Assembly (NCBI GenBank): GCA_963799485.1
Contig: CAWCXJ010000013.1
Span: 256,001-320,000 of the forward strand
DNA from: an uncultured Trueperaceae bacterium
GTDB lineage: Bacteria; Deinococcota; Deinococci; Deinococcales; Trueperaceae
Direction of reading: 5' to 3'
Length of the DNA stretch: 64,000 nucleotides
Part shown: piece by piece, positions 10,780-19,604 of the stretch
Numbering within the stretch: the first letter of the stretch is position 1
How the letters are laid out: every line of letters begins with the position of its first letter
The notes under the pieces: generated by a model
Databases searched by the model: none
Seen by the model: the letters and a program-made list of their open reading frames with translations, nothing else
Told to the model about the DNA's origin: nothing
Position numbers and translations under genes: made by a program

Positions 10780-11882
10780 GCTTATTCGGTTGGCTGGTGT
10801 GGGGGTTGGTAACGCTGGCGGTCACGGCGCAACTCGCCGTGCTTCTGGTCAACACCTTTACCTTTCCTGTTTTAACTCCTCCGCAGCGTGCGCCGGAACA
10901 GGGCCGCCGCGTTTCGCTGCTCGTCCCGGCCCGGAACGAAGCCGTCAACCTCAGCGAAACGCTGCCGCTGCTGCTCGCGCAAGGCGCGGATGAGATACTG
11001 ATTTTGAACGACGACTCGGAAGATGAGACGGCGCAGGTCGTCGCTGAATCCGGCGTCAGATGTATAAGCGGCAAACCCTTGCCGCCCGGTTGGACGGGTA
11101 AAAACTGGGCCTGCTGGCAACTCGCGCAAAAAGCCAGCGGTGACATTCTGGTTTTCACCGACGCCGACGTATCGTGGGAACCGGGGGCGCTGGCGTCACT
11201 TTTAGTGTTCGCCGAACACGGCGACGCGGTTTACGCGAGCGTCTGGCCCCGGCAACGTACCGAAACACTCTTTGAACGCCTCAGCGTCCCGGTGATCGAC
11301 CTCGTGCTGCTCGGCCTCTTACCGTATCCACTTGTGCAGCGCACGACCGACGCCGCGTTTTCAGCGGGCAACGGGCAGTGCATGATGTGGACGCGGAGCG
11401 CTTACTTGCAGGTCGGCGGGCACGCGGCTTTCAAGGACGAAGTGTTAGAAGACGTAAAGATGGGGCAATACGCCAAGGGGCGCGGCCTCAAAACGGTGCT
11501 GGCTTTGGGCGGTGAGCTTTTGAGCGTGCGGATGTACCGGACGCGGGGGGAACTCTTGGAGGGTTTCTCGAAAAATATTCTGGCGGCGCATCAGGGCAGC
11601 CGCACTTTGCTGCTGTTGTCGCTCGTACTCAACACCCTGATGTACACGCTCTCGTGGTTCCTGACCTTGTTGAACCCGCTCTGGCTTATTCCGGCGGCGC
11701 TCGGGCTGTTTCAACGTGCTTTAACGTCTTACAAAACGCACCGGAGCCCGCTCGAGGCATTTTTGCAACCGTTCGTCTTCGTCCCGCTCTGGCAGATTGG
11801 TTTACGGGCACTTAGACATAAAGGTTATCGTTGGAAAGGTCGTTTTTACGGCGACGCCGAAACCTCTGAAGCACATGACTAA
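10776..11882 (+). CDS. cruC: Carotenoid glycosyltransferase (GT2, CruC-like)
   Basis: VPARNE, DDSEDET, GWTGKNWAC, FTDAD, GNGQC and LEDV motifs; operon context. Confidence 0.8.
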   Translation: MSLFGWLVWGLVTLAVTAQLAVLLVNTFTFPVLTPPQRAPEQGRRVSLLVPARNEAVNLSETLPLLLAQGADEILILNDDSEDETAQVVAESGVRCISGKPLPPGWTGKNWACWQLAQKASGDILVFTDADVSWEPGALASLLVFAEHGDAVYASVWPRQRTETLFERLSVPVIDLVLLGLLPYPLVQRTTDAAFSAGNGQCMMWTRSAYLQVGGHAAFKDEVLEDVKMGQYAKGRGLKTVLALGGELLSVRMYRTRGELLEGFSKNILAAHQGSRTLLLLSLVLNTLMYTLSWFLTLLNPLWLIPAALGLFQRALTSYKTHRSPLEAFLQPFVFVPLWQIGLRALRHKGYRWKGRFYGDAETSEAHD

Positions 11883-13308
11883 ATCACTTAAACCCCAGAC
11901 GGCGCTGGTTTTGGGCGGCGGCTTTGCCGGACTGTCGGCGGCGCTCGAGTTAACCCTCAGCGGCGTTCAGGTCACGCTGCTAGAGCAACTTGACGAAGTA
12001 GGCGGTAAAGCCGGTGAGTTCACCGACGGCGGCTTTCGTTTCGACCTCGGCCCGAGCGTCTGGACTTTGCCCGAACTCGTCACCGATTTGTTCGTGCGGG
12101 CCGGGGCGACGCCGCCGGAGTTTAGGCCGCTGTCGCCCCTGTGCCGCTACATCTACTCGTCCGGGCGCGTTTGGGACGTGTCTTTAGACGCTGAACAAAC
12201 CGCCGCGCAGTTGTCCGACGCAGAAGCCGAGGCGTTTTACCGGTTGAGAGATGAGGCCCGCCTGCTTTACGAAGCGGCTGCCCCGACGTTTTTATTCGGG
12301 CAATCGCCGGGACTCAAAGAACTGGCACGTTACGGCCTTTCGGCTGGACTTAAGGCCCATCCGGGCAAACGCCTTCCGGCGTTGTTACGGCAATTTGGCG
12401 CAACCGGCGACTTGGAGACCTTCTTTTTACGGTTCGCGACTTACTTCGGCGCCGACCCCTACCGCGCCCCGGCGGTGCTGCACAACATCGCCTGGGTCGA
12501 ACTCGGCAAAGGGGTGTTTTATCCGGTCGGCGGCATCAAAGGGGTGGTGCGGCAGCTCCGGGCGTTAGCGGAAAAGCTGGGCGTCGAGGTCTGCACGAAT
12601 GTTACGGTGACGCGGCTCTGCACCTCGGGGTCTAAAATTACGCAGGTTGAAACGGACGCCGGAGATTTTACGGCGAACGTCACCGTGTCGGGTCTGGACG
12701 TTATCCGCACACATCAACTACTCGGTAAAGTAAAAGGGGAGAGGCTCGAGCCCTCCTTGTCCGGTTTCGTCTTGTTGCTGGGTCTAGACGCTGAAACGCC
12801 CGGTCTGGCCCATCACAACATCTCGTTTCCGGCGGACTACCGCGCCGAATTCGAAGCGGTGCGGCGCGGCAAGCTTGCCGACGACCCGACGCTCTACATT
12901 TCCATCAGCAGTAAAACCGAGCGTAACGACGCGCCGCCGGGGTGTGAAAACTGGTTCGTGCTGGTCAACGCGCCTGCACTCTCGGCAGAGCGTCCGCTGG
13001 ATTGGGAACGCGAGGCTCCGCACTATGCTGGGCATGTGCTCGCGGTTTTAGCGCGGCGTGGGTTGGACGTGCGTGAACGTATCCGGGTACAAAAGACCTT
13101 TTCTCCGGCATATCTGGGCCGCCTTGCCCACCGGGGCGCGATTTACGGCGCTGCGCCGCATTCGCTCCTCCAGACGATTCGGCCCGGGCAGACCGTAAAA
13201 GGTGTTAAGAATCTGGTGCTGGCGGGGGGGACGGTGCATCCGGGAGGCGGGATTCCGTTGGCGCTGTTATCCGGAAAGCACGCAGCGGCGCTTGCTTTGA
13301 GCATGTGA
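11875..13308 (+). CDS. crtD: Carotenoid 3',4'-desaturase (CrtD/CrtI family)
   Basis: GGGFAGLSAA, GFRFDLGPS, RFATYFGADPYRAPA, ENWFVLVNAP, GAIYG and GGTVHPGGGIPL motifs. Confidence 0.78.
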   Translation: MTKSLKPQTALVLGGGFAGLSAALELTLSGVQVTLLEQLDEVGGKAGEFTDGGFRFDLGPSVWTLPELVTDLFVRAGATPPEFRPLSPLCRYIYSSGRVWDVSLDAEQTAAQLSDAEAEAFYRLRDEARLLYEAAAPTFLFGQSPGLKELARYGLSAGLKAHPGKRLPALLRQFGATGDLETFFLRFATYFGADPYRAPAVLHNIAWVELGKGVFYPVGGIKGVVRQLRALAEKLGVEVCTNVTVTRLCTSGSKITQVETDAGDFTANVTVSGLDVIRTHQLLGKVKGERLEPSLSGFVLLLGLDAETPGLAHHNISFPADYRAEFEAVRRGKLADDPTLYISISSKTERNDAPPGCENWFVLVNAPALSAERPLDWEREAPHYAGHVLAVLARRGLDVRERIRVQKTFSPAYLGRLAHRGAIYGAAPHSLLQTIRPGQTVKGVKNLVLAGGTVHPGGGIPLALLSGKHAAALALSM

Positions 13309-13631
13309 TACACCTTATCGCCTTTGGAGGAGAGTTCTCTGGGCCGGAAATGAACTAGGCTCTACAGCTAAACTTCAATGCAAAAGTGAGGTTGTTTGCC
13401 AAAGTCGTCATAAATTACGTTTCTCAAAGCCCCGAAAAGGTTACCTTGGACGGTCGAGCCGTAAAGTTCAGCGGTGCAAAATAACGCCGTGCGGGTGAGC
13501 TACCAAGATGATGGGGAGCGGCACGCGCTCGAGCTGAGTATTTAAGACAGCGATATAAGACAATCCGCTACCGGGCAAATGCCAAATAATTACCAGCCGG
13601 GTTGCTTCTTTTTGCTTATGGTAGAACTCTT

Positions 13632-14048
13632 ATGCCGCGAGTATTTCAAGAAATTGCTTACGAAAGCCTGAACGCAAGGCAAAAGGAGAGCTACAATTTC
13701 CAAAAGTTTTCTGCTGTGCTTGCCGATTACGGCTTTATCACCATCAAGTTGAGCGATGATTGGCACGGTGCGGATTTTATCGCGCAACATCTACACGGCG
13801 AAACTCTAAAAGTTCAATTGAAAGGCCGACTCACATTCCACAAAAAATATCAAGGCAAAGACTTGTGGCTTTGCTTTCGTGAAGACAACGAATGGTATTT
13901 TTATCCGCATGATGAATTGTCGGAGAGATTCTTAGCGGAAACGAACATTGGAAACACGGAATCTTGGGTGAAGTATGGCAGTTACTCGTTTTCTTATCTT
14001 TCCCAACAGCGTAAGAAGATGCTCGAGCCTTACCGATTTGTGGAGTGA
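13632..14048 (+). CDS. Hypothetical protein with a restriction-endonuclease-like (PD-(D/E)xK) signature
   Basis: GADFIA...VQLKG motif; AT-richer than the flanks. Confidence 0.65.
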   Translation: MPRVFQEIAYESLNARQKESYNFQKFSAVLADYGFITIKLSDDWHGADFIAQHLHGETLKVQLKGRLTFHKKYQGKDLWLCFREDNEWYFYPHDELSERFLAETNIGNTESWVKYGSYSFSYLSQQRKKMLEPYRFVE

Positions 14049-14410
14049 ATCGTATGGACAGAATCGAGAAGGCGTTTGCCGATTACTTCGAGCCTTGGAG
14101 CCTTGTCTTACCCGAGGGGGCGACGGCTGAAGAAAAGCCCGGTGTCGTCGTCGGGGAAGGCTGGCACATTCGCTACATATTCGGGAGCGATGAGCAGGGC
14201 ACATACTTGGATTTTCTCGCCAGCCACCGCATGACAAACGAGCGCCACATTCGTCTACGTGCCAGCGGGAAAGTTGAAGGACTTCCTGCGATACGGGAGG
14301 GGTACGTGTGGAACGGCACTGAGGAAGACCGGCAGCGCGCCGAGGCCGAGTACCTTGCATACAACCGTCAGATTGGCGAGATGCTACGCGAGAAGGGTTT
14401 GACAGACTGA
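14045..14410 (+). CDS. Hypothetical protein (121 aa)
   Basis: GTGA overlap with the upstream gene; protein-like composition; HRMTNERH motif. Confidence 0.7.
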   Translation: MNRMDRIEKAFADYFEPWSLVLPEGATAEEKPGVVVGEGWHIRYIFGSDEQGTYLDFLASHRMTNERHIRLRASGKVEGLPAIREGYVWNGTEEDRQRAEAEYLAYNRQIGEMLREKGLTD

Positions 14411-14465
14411 CTTCAGTGCTCAGGTAGGCCAAGCCGCTGCTGCACCTCGCTCCAAGTAAGCCTAT

Positions 14466-14714
14466 TTAGCTCTCATCATCTGGAAGCTCGAGTATTTTTT
14501 CTTCGGTCTCAGCTACGTCTTCAGCGTCCATCCCAAGTTGCCGCGCCTGAGCTAGCGTGTAACCCAAAAGGTCACTATGTTCTTCGCTGTTCGAAGGGAG
14601 CGTTTTAAGCTGTTGCCAAGACGCAAGATAAGCCTGGGCGTTTTCAGCCAGCTCATCCAGCAGAAATGTTCTGTGCTCGACTAGACTGTCCAGATTTTCA
14701 GCCGTGCTGCTCAC
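14466..14714 (-). CDS. Small acidic helical protein (putative antitoxin, copy 2)
   Basis: Paralog of 14944-15189; GTGA overlap with the upstream basic gene. Confidence 0.75.
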   Translation of the reverse strand: MSSTAENLDSLVEHRTFLLDELAENAQAYLASWQQLKTLPSNSEEHSDLLGYTLAQARQLGMDAEDVAETEEKILELPDDES

Positions 14715-14905
14715 TTTCCACCTCCGGGTAGTCTGGCTGCAAGTCTAGCGTAAATGCGTGCGTGTTTGGCAATGTCAGCTTGCCATTTCTCAATCGCGCG
14801 GCGGCTGGGATAGGTCTCGAGGTCATCCGCAATCTTTTTTTCGTGGACGGCAATCTGCTTGAGTTCACCTGCCAGCTGTTTGCAAGTATTTTTGTTCGTT
14901 CCCAC
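14711..14905 (-). CDS. Small basic protein (putative toxin, copy 2)
   Basis: About 50% identical by hand alignment to 15186-15383; TAGACT-N6-GTG leaderless promoter. Confidence 0.75.
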   Translation of the reverse strand: MGTNKNTCKQLAGELKQIAVHEKKIADDLETYPSRRAIEKWQADIAKHARIYARLAARLPGGGK

Positions 14906-14943
14906 AAGTACAGTCTAGCAAGGCGTATGCGCCGCAAACTATT

Positions 14944-15189
14944 TCACTCTGGTTGCGCATCGTCATCTTGAAGGTCGTCGGTACACGTGTCCATCGCCTC
15001 GATAACGTCTTCAGTATCCATGTGGACTTGCTGAACGTAAGCGTACATCGTTCCTAGCAGCGTATCCGCCTCTTCGCTTTCCGGGGGCAGCGCCTCGAGC
15101 TTCTGAGCCAGCTCGAGATAATCCCGGCTGCTACCGGAAAGATGTCTGAGCAGCATCTTTATCCGCCTGGTTTCGACAACTTGACTCAT
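14944..15189 (-). CDS. Small acidic helical protein (putative antitoxin, copy 1)
   Basis: Shares LL..L......YL...Q.L..LP..SEE...LLG...A...Q..MD.EDV.E with 14466-14714; ATGA overlap. Confidence 0.75.
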   Translation of the reverse strand: MSQVVETRRIKMLLRHLSGSSRDYLELAQKLEALPPESEEADTLLGTMYAYVQQVHMDTEDVIEAMDTCTDDLQDDDAQPE

Positions 15190-15383
15190 TTTTTCCTTCC
15201 CGGCAGCTTTGCCTCGAGCTTGGTCTTAATACGTTCGTGGCGAGCAATGTCTTGCTGCCACTTAGAGATATCTTGACGGCTCGGATAGGGTTTGGCAAGT
15301 TCCGCCGCAATCTTTTTTCGGTGTTCTAAGATGACTTGAACCTCGCTCTGAATCTGATTGCGAAGGCGCTTATTCTTTCCCAC
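15186..15383 (-). CDS. Small basic protein (putative toxin, copy 1)
   Basis: H.KKIA...YPSR..I.KWQ.DIA.H.RI...L.A.LPG shared with copy 2; TAGAAT-N6-GTG promoter. Confidence 0.75.
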   Translation of the reverse strand: MGKNKRLRNQIQSEVQVILEHRKKIAAELAKPYPSRQDISKWQQDIARHERIKTKLEAKLPGRKK

Positions 15384-15435
15384 TCGTACATTCTAAAACG
15401 AAGCCTATAGAAAGAAAGCCTGTTTTCTAGACAGA

Positions 15436-16401
15436 TTATTTAGTCGACGCGAGCCGTTCCGGGTGAACCTTCGTCCAATAGCGTTTAAGCCCCATGACCG
15501 TCATCGCGTCGTTACTCGTAATGCTGTGCCGCTCAATTGTTCCCGCCGACGCACCTTCGGCCCCGAGTGCGCCCCGGCTGAGCGCATCAATCCGCGCCGC
15601 TAACGTTTCGTCGTCTTCACCGGCGTTCATGCCATCTAAAATACTCTCGCTCCAGCTTTGGTGTTGGTGCTCGAGTTCCCGAAAATGCTCCGCGACATTC
15701 TCGACCGGGCCGAAGTGCGTGAGCAACAGCTCTTCGGGTTCGACTTGCAACATCGCCTGAATAGAACGGTGCCAGGTCTCTAGATCAGCTTCGGGGGGCG
15801 GCAACGCAGGTCGCACCGTTTCGGCTCCCGGCAAGCGGATTCCGGCGGCGTCCCCCGTAAACATTCGGGTTTTATTTAGCACGTAACTCACGTGATGCGA
15901 GGCGTGACCGGGTGTATAGAGGACGCCGATACGGTGGCCCAAAATCTCCACGGTGTCGCCGTCTCTCACGGGCCGCACTAAGTTTTGCGGCAACGGTTTC
16001 ATCTCGCCCCAGAGCGTGTCCATCTGGTCGCCGTAAATCCGGCCCGCGCTGCTGAGTAACCGGCTCGGGTCGATAAGATGCCCCGCCCCGTTCTCATGGA
16101 CGTACACTTCCGCGCCGTAACGCTGTGCCAACGTCCCGGCAGCCCCGGCATGGTCGAGGTGAATATGCGTGACCAAAACGCTCGTCAGTTTTACGGGGTC
16201 GAAGCCTGCCGCTTGAATCCCGGTCAAAACCGTGTTCAACGTTGACCCCGGCCCCGATTCGATGAGCGCAAAGGTTCCGGCAGCGCCGGGCAGCAAATAC
16301 ACGCCGACGGTTCCGGCGTAGCCCATGTGCTGCGTGTCCAGCAGGAACAGCCCGCCCAAATCTTGCACCGCCGGGATAACGGGTTCGTTTTGACCGCTCA
16401 C
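15436..16401 (-). CDS. MBL-fold metallo-hydrolase
   Basis: THIHLDHAG, TPGHASHH, FTGDAAG and THFG motifs; GTG at 16401 overlaps the upstream stop. Confidence 0.92.
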   Translation of the reverse strand: MSGQNEPVIPAVQDLGGLFLLDTQHMGYAGTVGVYLLPGAAGTFALIESGPGSTLNTVLTGIQAAGFDPVKLTSVLVTHIHLDHAGAAGTLAQRYGAEVYVHENGAGHLIDPSRLLSSAGRIYGDQMDTLWGEMKPLPQNLVRPVRDGDTVEILGHRIGVLYTPGHASHHVSYVLNKTRMFTGDAAGIRLPGAETVRPALPPPEADLETWHRSIQAMLQVEPEELLLTHFGPVENVAEHFRELEHQHQSWSESILDGMNAGEDDETLAARIDALSRGALGAEGASAGTIERHSITSNDAMTVMGLKRYWTKVHPERLASTK

Positions 16402-17171
16402 GGGACGAGCCGTGCGGACGCTTCGACGACACACTCCAAAGTTCCGATCCCTTCGACGGTGACCTCGAGCTTGTCCCCGACTTGCATCGGCCCCACCCCG
16501 TCCGGCGTGCCGGTCAACACCAAATCTCCGGGTTGCAGCGTTAAAAACGAACTGATATAAGACAATACCTTCGGCACCGGAAAGATCAAATCTGCGGTGT
16601 TGCCGTCTTGTTTCAACTCGCCGTTAAGCCGCGTTTGCACGCTTAGAGAACCCGTGTCCAGGTCGGTCTCGAGCCACGGCCCCACCGGACAAAACCCGTC
16701 GGCAGATTTACCCCTTGCCCACTGCAAATCGCTCCGCTGTTTGTCACGGGCCGTCACGTCTACCGCGCAGGTGTAGCCAAGAACATGCTGCAAAGCCTCC
16801 GCCTCTGACACGTCCCGCATTTCCCGACCGATCACAACGGCTAGCTCACCCTCGAAATGCAGGTTCTGCGTCCAGCTCGGATACGGAACCGGGTCGCCGG
16901 GGTTGGCGAGCGTCCCCAGCGATTTGATAAACAACCCCGGCTCTTTGGGCAGGTCTTCGGCGCTGCCGCCCATCTCGACGACGTGCTTGGCGTAGTTTTT
17001 GCCCACACAGACGATGTTTTTAGGCTCACACGGTGCGAGTAGCGTGACGTCTGAGAGCGTAACGGTGGGGCCGCTGCGTTCACCCAGCAAGTGCGTTAGA
17101 GGGTAGACGGTGCCCCCCTCCAACTCACCCCAACTGACGCCGTTTTCGTCTCTGTACCTGATGCGTTTCAC
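16398..17171 (-). CDS. Fumarylacetoacetate hydrolase family protein
   Basis: CVGKNYAKH, HFEGELAVVIG, DVTARD, GKSADGFCPVGP and LTGTPDGVG motifs. Confidence 0.93.
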   Translation of the reverse strand: MKRIRYRDENGVSWGELEGGTVYPLTHLLGERSGPTVTLSDVTLLAPCEPKNIVCVGKNYAKHVVEMGGSAEDLPKEPGLFIKSLGTLANPGDPVPYPSWTQNLHFEGELAVVIGREMRDVSEAEALQHVLGYTCAVDVTARDKQRSDLQWARGKSADGFCPVGPWLETDLDTGSLSVQTRLNGELKQDGNTADLIFPVPKVLSYISSFLTLQPGDLVLTGTPDGVGPMQVGDKLEVTVEGIGTLECVVEASARLVP

Positions 17172-17248
17172 CCTTGACCTCTTTTCAGTTTCCAAATGCT
17201 GCTATCTTAACCGAGTTTGCGCGATAAGAGCGGAGCGAAACCTGTTCG

Positions 17249-18427
17249 TCAGGTTTCCTCGTCGATAAAAAGTACACCGTGCACAAGGTCGCGGCTGTCC
17301 GCCCGACCGCCGAGCGAACCCGCAAGCGTGCCGAACGCGGCGACGAACAGGCTCAACTTGAGGTGGTCGAGCGTCCGCACCGCCGGGTCTACGGTCGGCC
17401 ACGTCTCCATAAGTTGGCGTGGAAAAATTGTAGCGACGCCCAGGTAGACGAGCGCGGCAAAGGCGGCAAAGATAAACAGCATCGTCAGCGTAAGACTGAA
17501 GAGGACGGCTGCGCCGGTGACGACGCTCGACTCGGCTAGACGGCGGCCCCGGCGCAGGGGTGCGCCGAAAGCAAAAGCGCGGTAGAGCGCAAAGGTGCCT
17601 ACTGCGACCGACACCCCCGCAAACAAGATGAGCTGATACAGCTCGACGGTGCTCGCTACGTCCCACATTTCGGGGCTGAAAAATACGACGATGATTACTG
17701 AGAGCGCCGCAGTAATCAGGGTGGGCAGGCGCGTCGCTAAACGCAGCGGGTTCGCCCTCTTTACCGCGTGCGCGATGCTACGCCAGTCTTTTAGAAGCGT
17801 CTGCAACACAAAACTCCAGCGGTTGCCCCGGCTCGAGCGCTCATGGGCTTCGCGCGGCAACGCCAGGCGCACGTGGTTCCGCTGTGCGGGCGTCAGCGTT
17901 GCCATCGCGCCCAGATCGTCTACGTTCTCAAACGCGTACATCGCGTTGTGCGGCCCGTCCGCGTGCGGCAGGTTGAGGAGATGACCGAGGGTATGCAGCA
18001 GGAGGTGATTCAGACGCCGCACCGCGAGCGCCTCGTCTGCCTCTTCCCCCCAAAAGGTGGGCTCGAGCCGCTTGGTCGAGATGACGCCGATGTTGGTCAG
18101 CTGACTCGGCAGGGCGAGGGTATAGGAGAGCGCCGTGGCGGCGAGGTCAACTTCGGTGACGATCAGGAGAAAGTCGGCACTACGCTCGAGCTTTTCGGTC
18201 ATGCCGAGGCGCAAAAAGTCGAGCGGCGCGTAGGCTCCGGCTGCCGGGGTGAGGTGCGGCCCGTCGAAACGGAGCAGGTTGACGCGTAACCCCAGTTCGG
18301 TGCCGAGCGCCTCGTCAAACGCCGTCACTGCCGCGTTCGCCAGCCTCTCGAAACGCTCCGAGTGCTTGCCCTCCACGTCTATCGTCATCACGCCGACGAC
18401 GTAGTTACGGCTTTTAGCCTCAGACAC
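17249..18427 (-). CDS. Archaemetzincin-like domain (catalytic Glu missing) fused to a 4-TM membrane domain
   Basis: LLHTLGHLLNLPH...NAM (metzincin HExxHxxGxxH plus Met-turn with E>T); four C-terminal hydrophobic helices. Confidence 0.7.
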   Translation of the reverse strand: MSEAKSRNYVVGVMTIDVEGKHSERFERLANAAVTAFDEALGTELGLRVNLLRFDGPHLTPAAGAYAPLDFLRLGMTEKLERSADFLLIVTEVDLAATALSYTLALPSQLTNIGVISTKRLEPTFWGEEADEALAVRRLNHLLLHTLGHLLNLPHADGPHNAMYAFENVDDLGAMATLTPAQRNHVRLALPREAHERSSRGNRWSFVLQTLLKDWRSIAHAVKRANPLRLATRLPTLITAALSVIIVVFFSPEMWDVASTVELYQLILFAGVSVAVGTFALYRAFAFGAPLRRGRRLAESSVVTGAAVLFSLTLTMLFIFAAFAALVYLGVATIFPRQLMETWPTVDPAVRTLDHLKLSLFVAAFGTLAGSLGGRADSRDLVHGVLFIDEET

Positions 18428-18582
18428 GGTTGCTCACTGAGCTGAGTATACGTTACGCGCCTATACCAAGCCCCGGTTCACGCCGTTTTCGTTGCGGTAG
18501 CGGATACGTTTATACGTTTCATGGTTTACCCCTTTCTAGCCACTGCTATCTCAGAAGGGAGTGTTGGTTGAGAAGTCTTTTG

Positions 18583-19482
18583 CTACCGGTTCATAAATGT
18601 ACTAATTGCCGCGACAATTTGCGGAAGATTGGCAGCTACCTGACTACTAGCAACACTGGCTGTGAAGTTGCCGAGCCAAGCTTTTACGCTATCCCCAATT
18701 CCGCGATGTCCACTTTGTTGGTCAGCTATTACAGCTTGCTCGAGCTTTTCAAGGCTTTTCTGCTCCACACCCAAATCTTGCAGGCGGAAAAGCAAACTGT
18801 CTAAATCCTCTATGGTTTTAGTAACAGCTTGTGTAAACTCACGTCCACTCGCTACCGTGTTTTCATCGCCATATATATAATTGTTTACAAGAACCTGAGC
18901 AGTTTGACTTGTGTTAGAATCCGGCGCGCTTTCTGATATATCAAGGTTGGGGTACTGCTCTCGTAACTCCATCAAAAATGTGAGTAATCTATTCCGAGTA
19001 TTATCTAAGATTGTTTGTACCGACACACGTCCTATGTTTCTCTGAGCATCTACATAGACTCCGGGACGATTTTTTTGCTGAAGTTCAAAATTCAGCATCG
19101 TTAGCATGTCGGATGGCCAACTTGCCTTAATGTTATCGCCGTGGTCGTTCTGAAGCAAACCCTGAATACTTGAGACAGATTGCCCGATACTGATGTGTTC
19201 AGCAAAATCTCTCAATTCATCTGATAGGAGAAACAAAGGAATAGGACGATTATGGATTATAGAAGTTATCCCATCGGTGAACGTTCCTACGCTCTGCACG
19301 TTTATATCAGTCCTATACTCCGGCATTATCATACTGCTGTTGTAACCGTTGATTTCTCCCTCAAGCCAAACCTTGAGGTTATCCGCGTGAAGGTTGTAGG
19401 CAAGCACTTTCGCCTTGAGTAATACGGAGTTGAGGGTTACTTGGTCATCAACTACTTGGTTAATAAGCTCATTCAAGGTCAC
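18583..19482 (-). CDS. AbiTii-like domain protein (putative defence gene)
   Basis: N-terminal LNSVLLKAKVLA..L....L..WL..EINGY.....PEYR pattern; markedly AT-rich relative to the flanks. Confidence 0.7.
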   Translation of the reverse strand: MTLNELINQVVDDQVTLNSVLLKAKVLAYNLHADNLKVWLEGEINGYNSSMIMPEYRTDINVQSVGTFTDGITSIIHNRPIPLFLLSDELRDFAEHISIGQSVSSIQGLLQNDHGDNIKASWPSDMLTMLNFELQQKNRPGVYVDAQRNIGRVSVQTILDNTRNRLLTFLMELREQYPNLDISESAPDSNTSQTAQVLVNNYIYGDENTVASGREFTQAVTKTIEDLDSLLFRLQDLGVEQKSLEKLEQAVIADQQSGHRGIGDSVKAWLGNFTASVASSQVAANLPQIVAAISTFMNR

Positions 19483-19604
19483 TAGAACTCGAGTTTACTA
19501 TGGATTAAGAAAGTATCTCTTTGAATTGTGGCAAGAAACTCAAACACTGCTGCTCGCAATCTCGATAAAGTTTCTTGCCACAAATTCAAGCCTAAAGTCT
19601 ATTG

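Noticed and set aside
13380..13545. Pseudogene call for the coding-like fragment after crtD
   Set aside because: Looks like a broken beta-rich C-terminus, but no family could be assigned
13600..15430. Integron cassette array explaining the small-gene islet
   Set aside because: No repeated attC-like elements between genes, mixed orientation, and the distant recombinase shows no IntI-specific insertion that I can recognise
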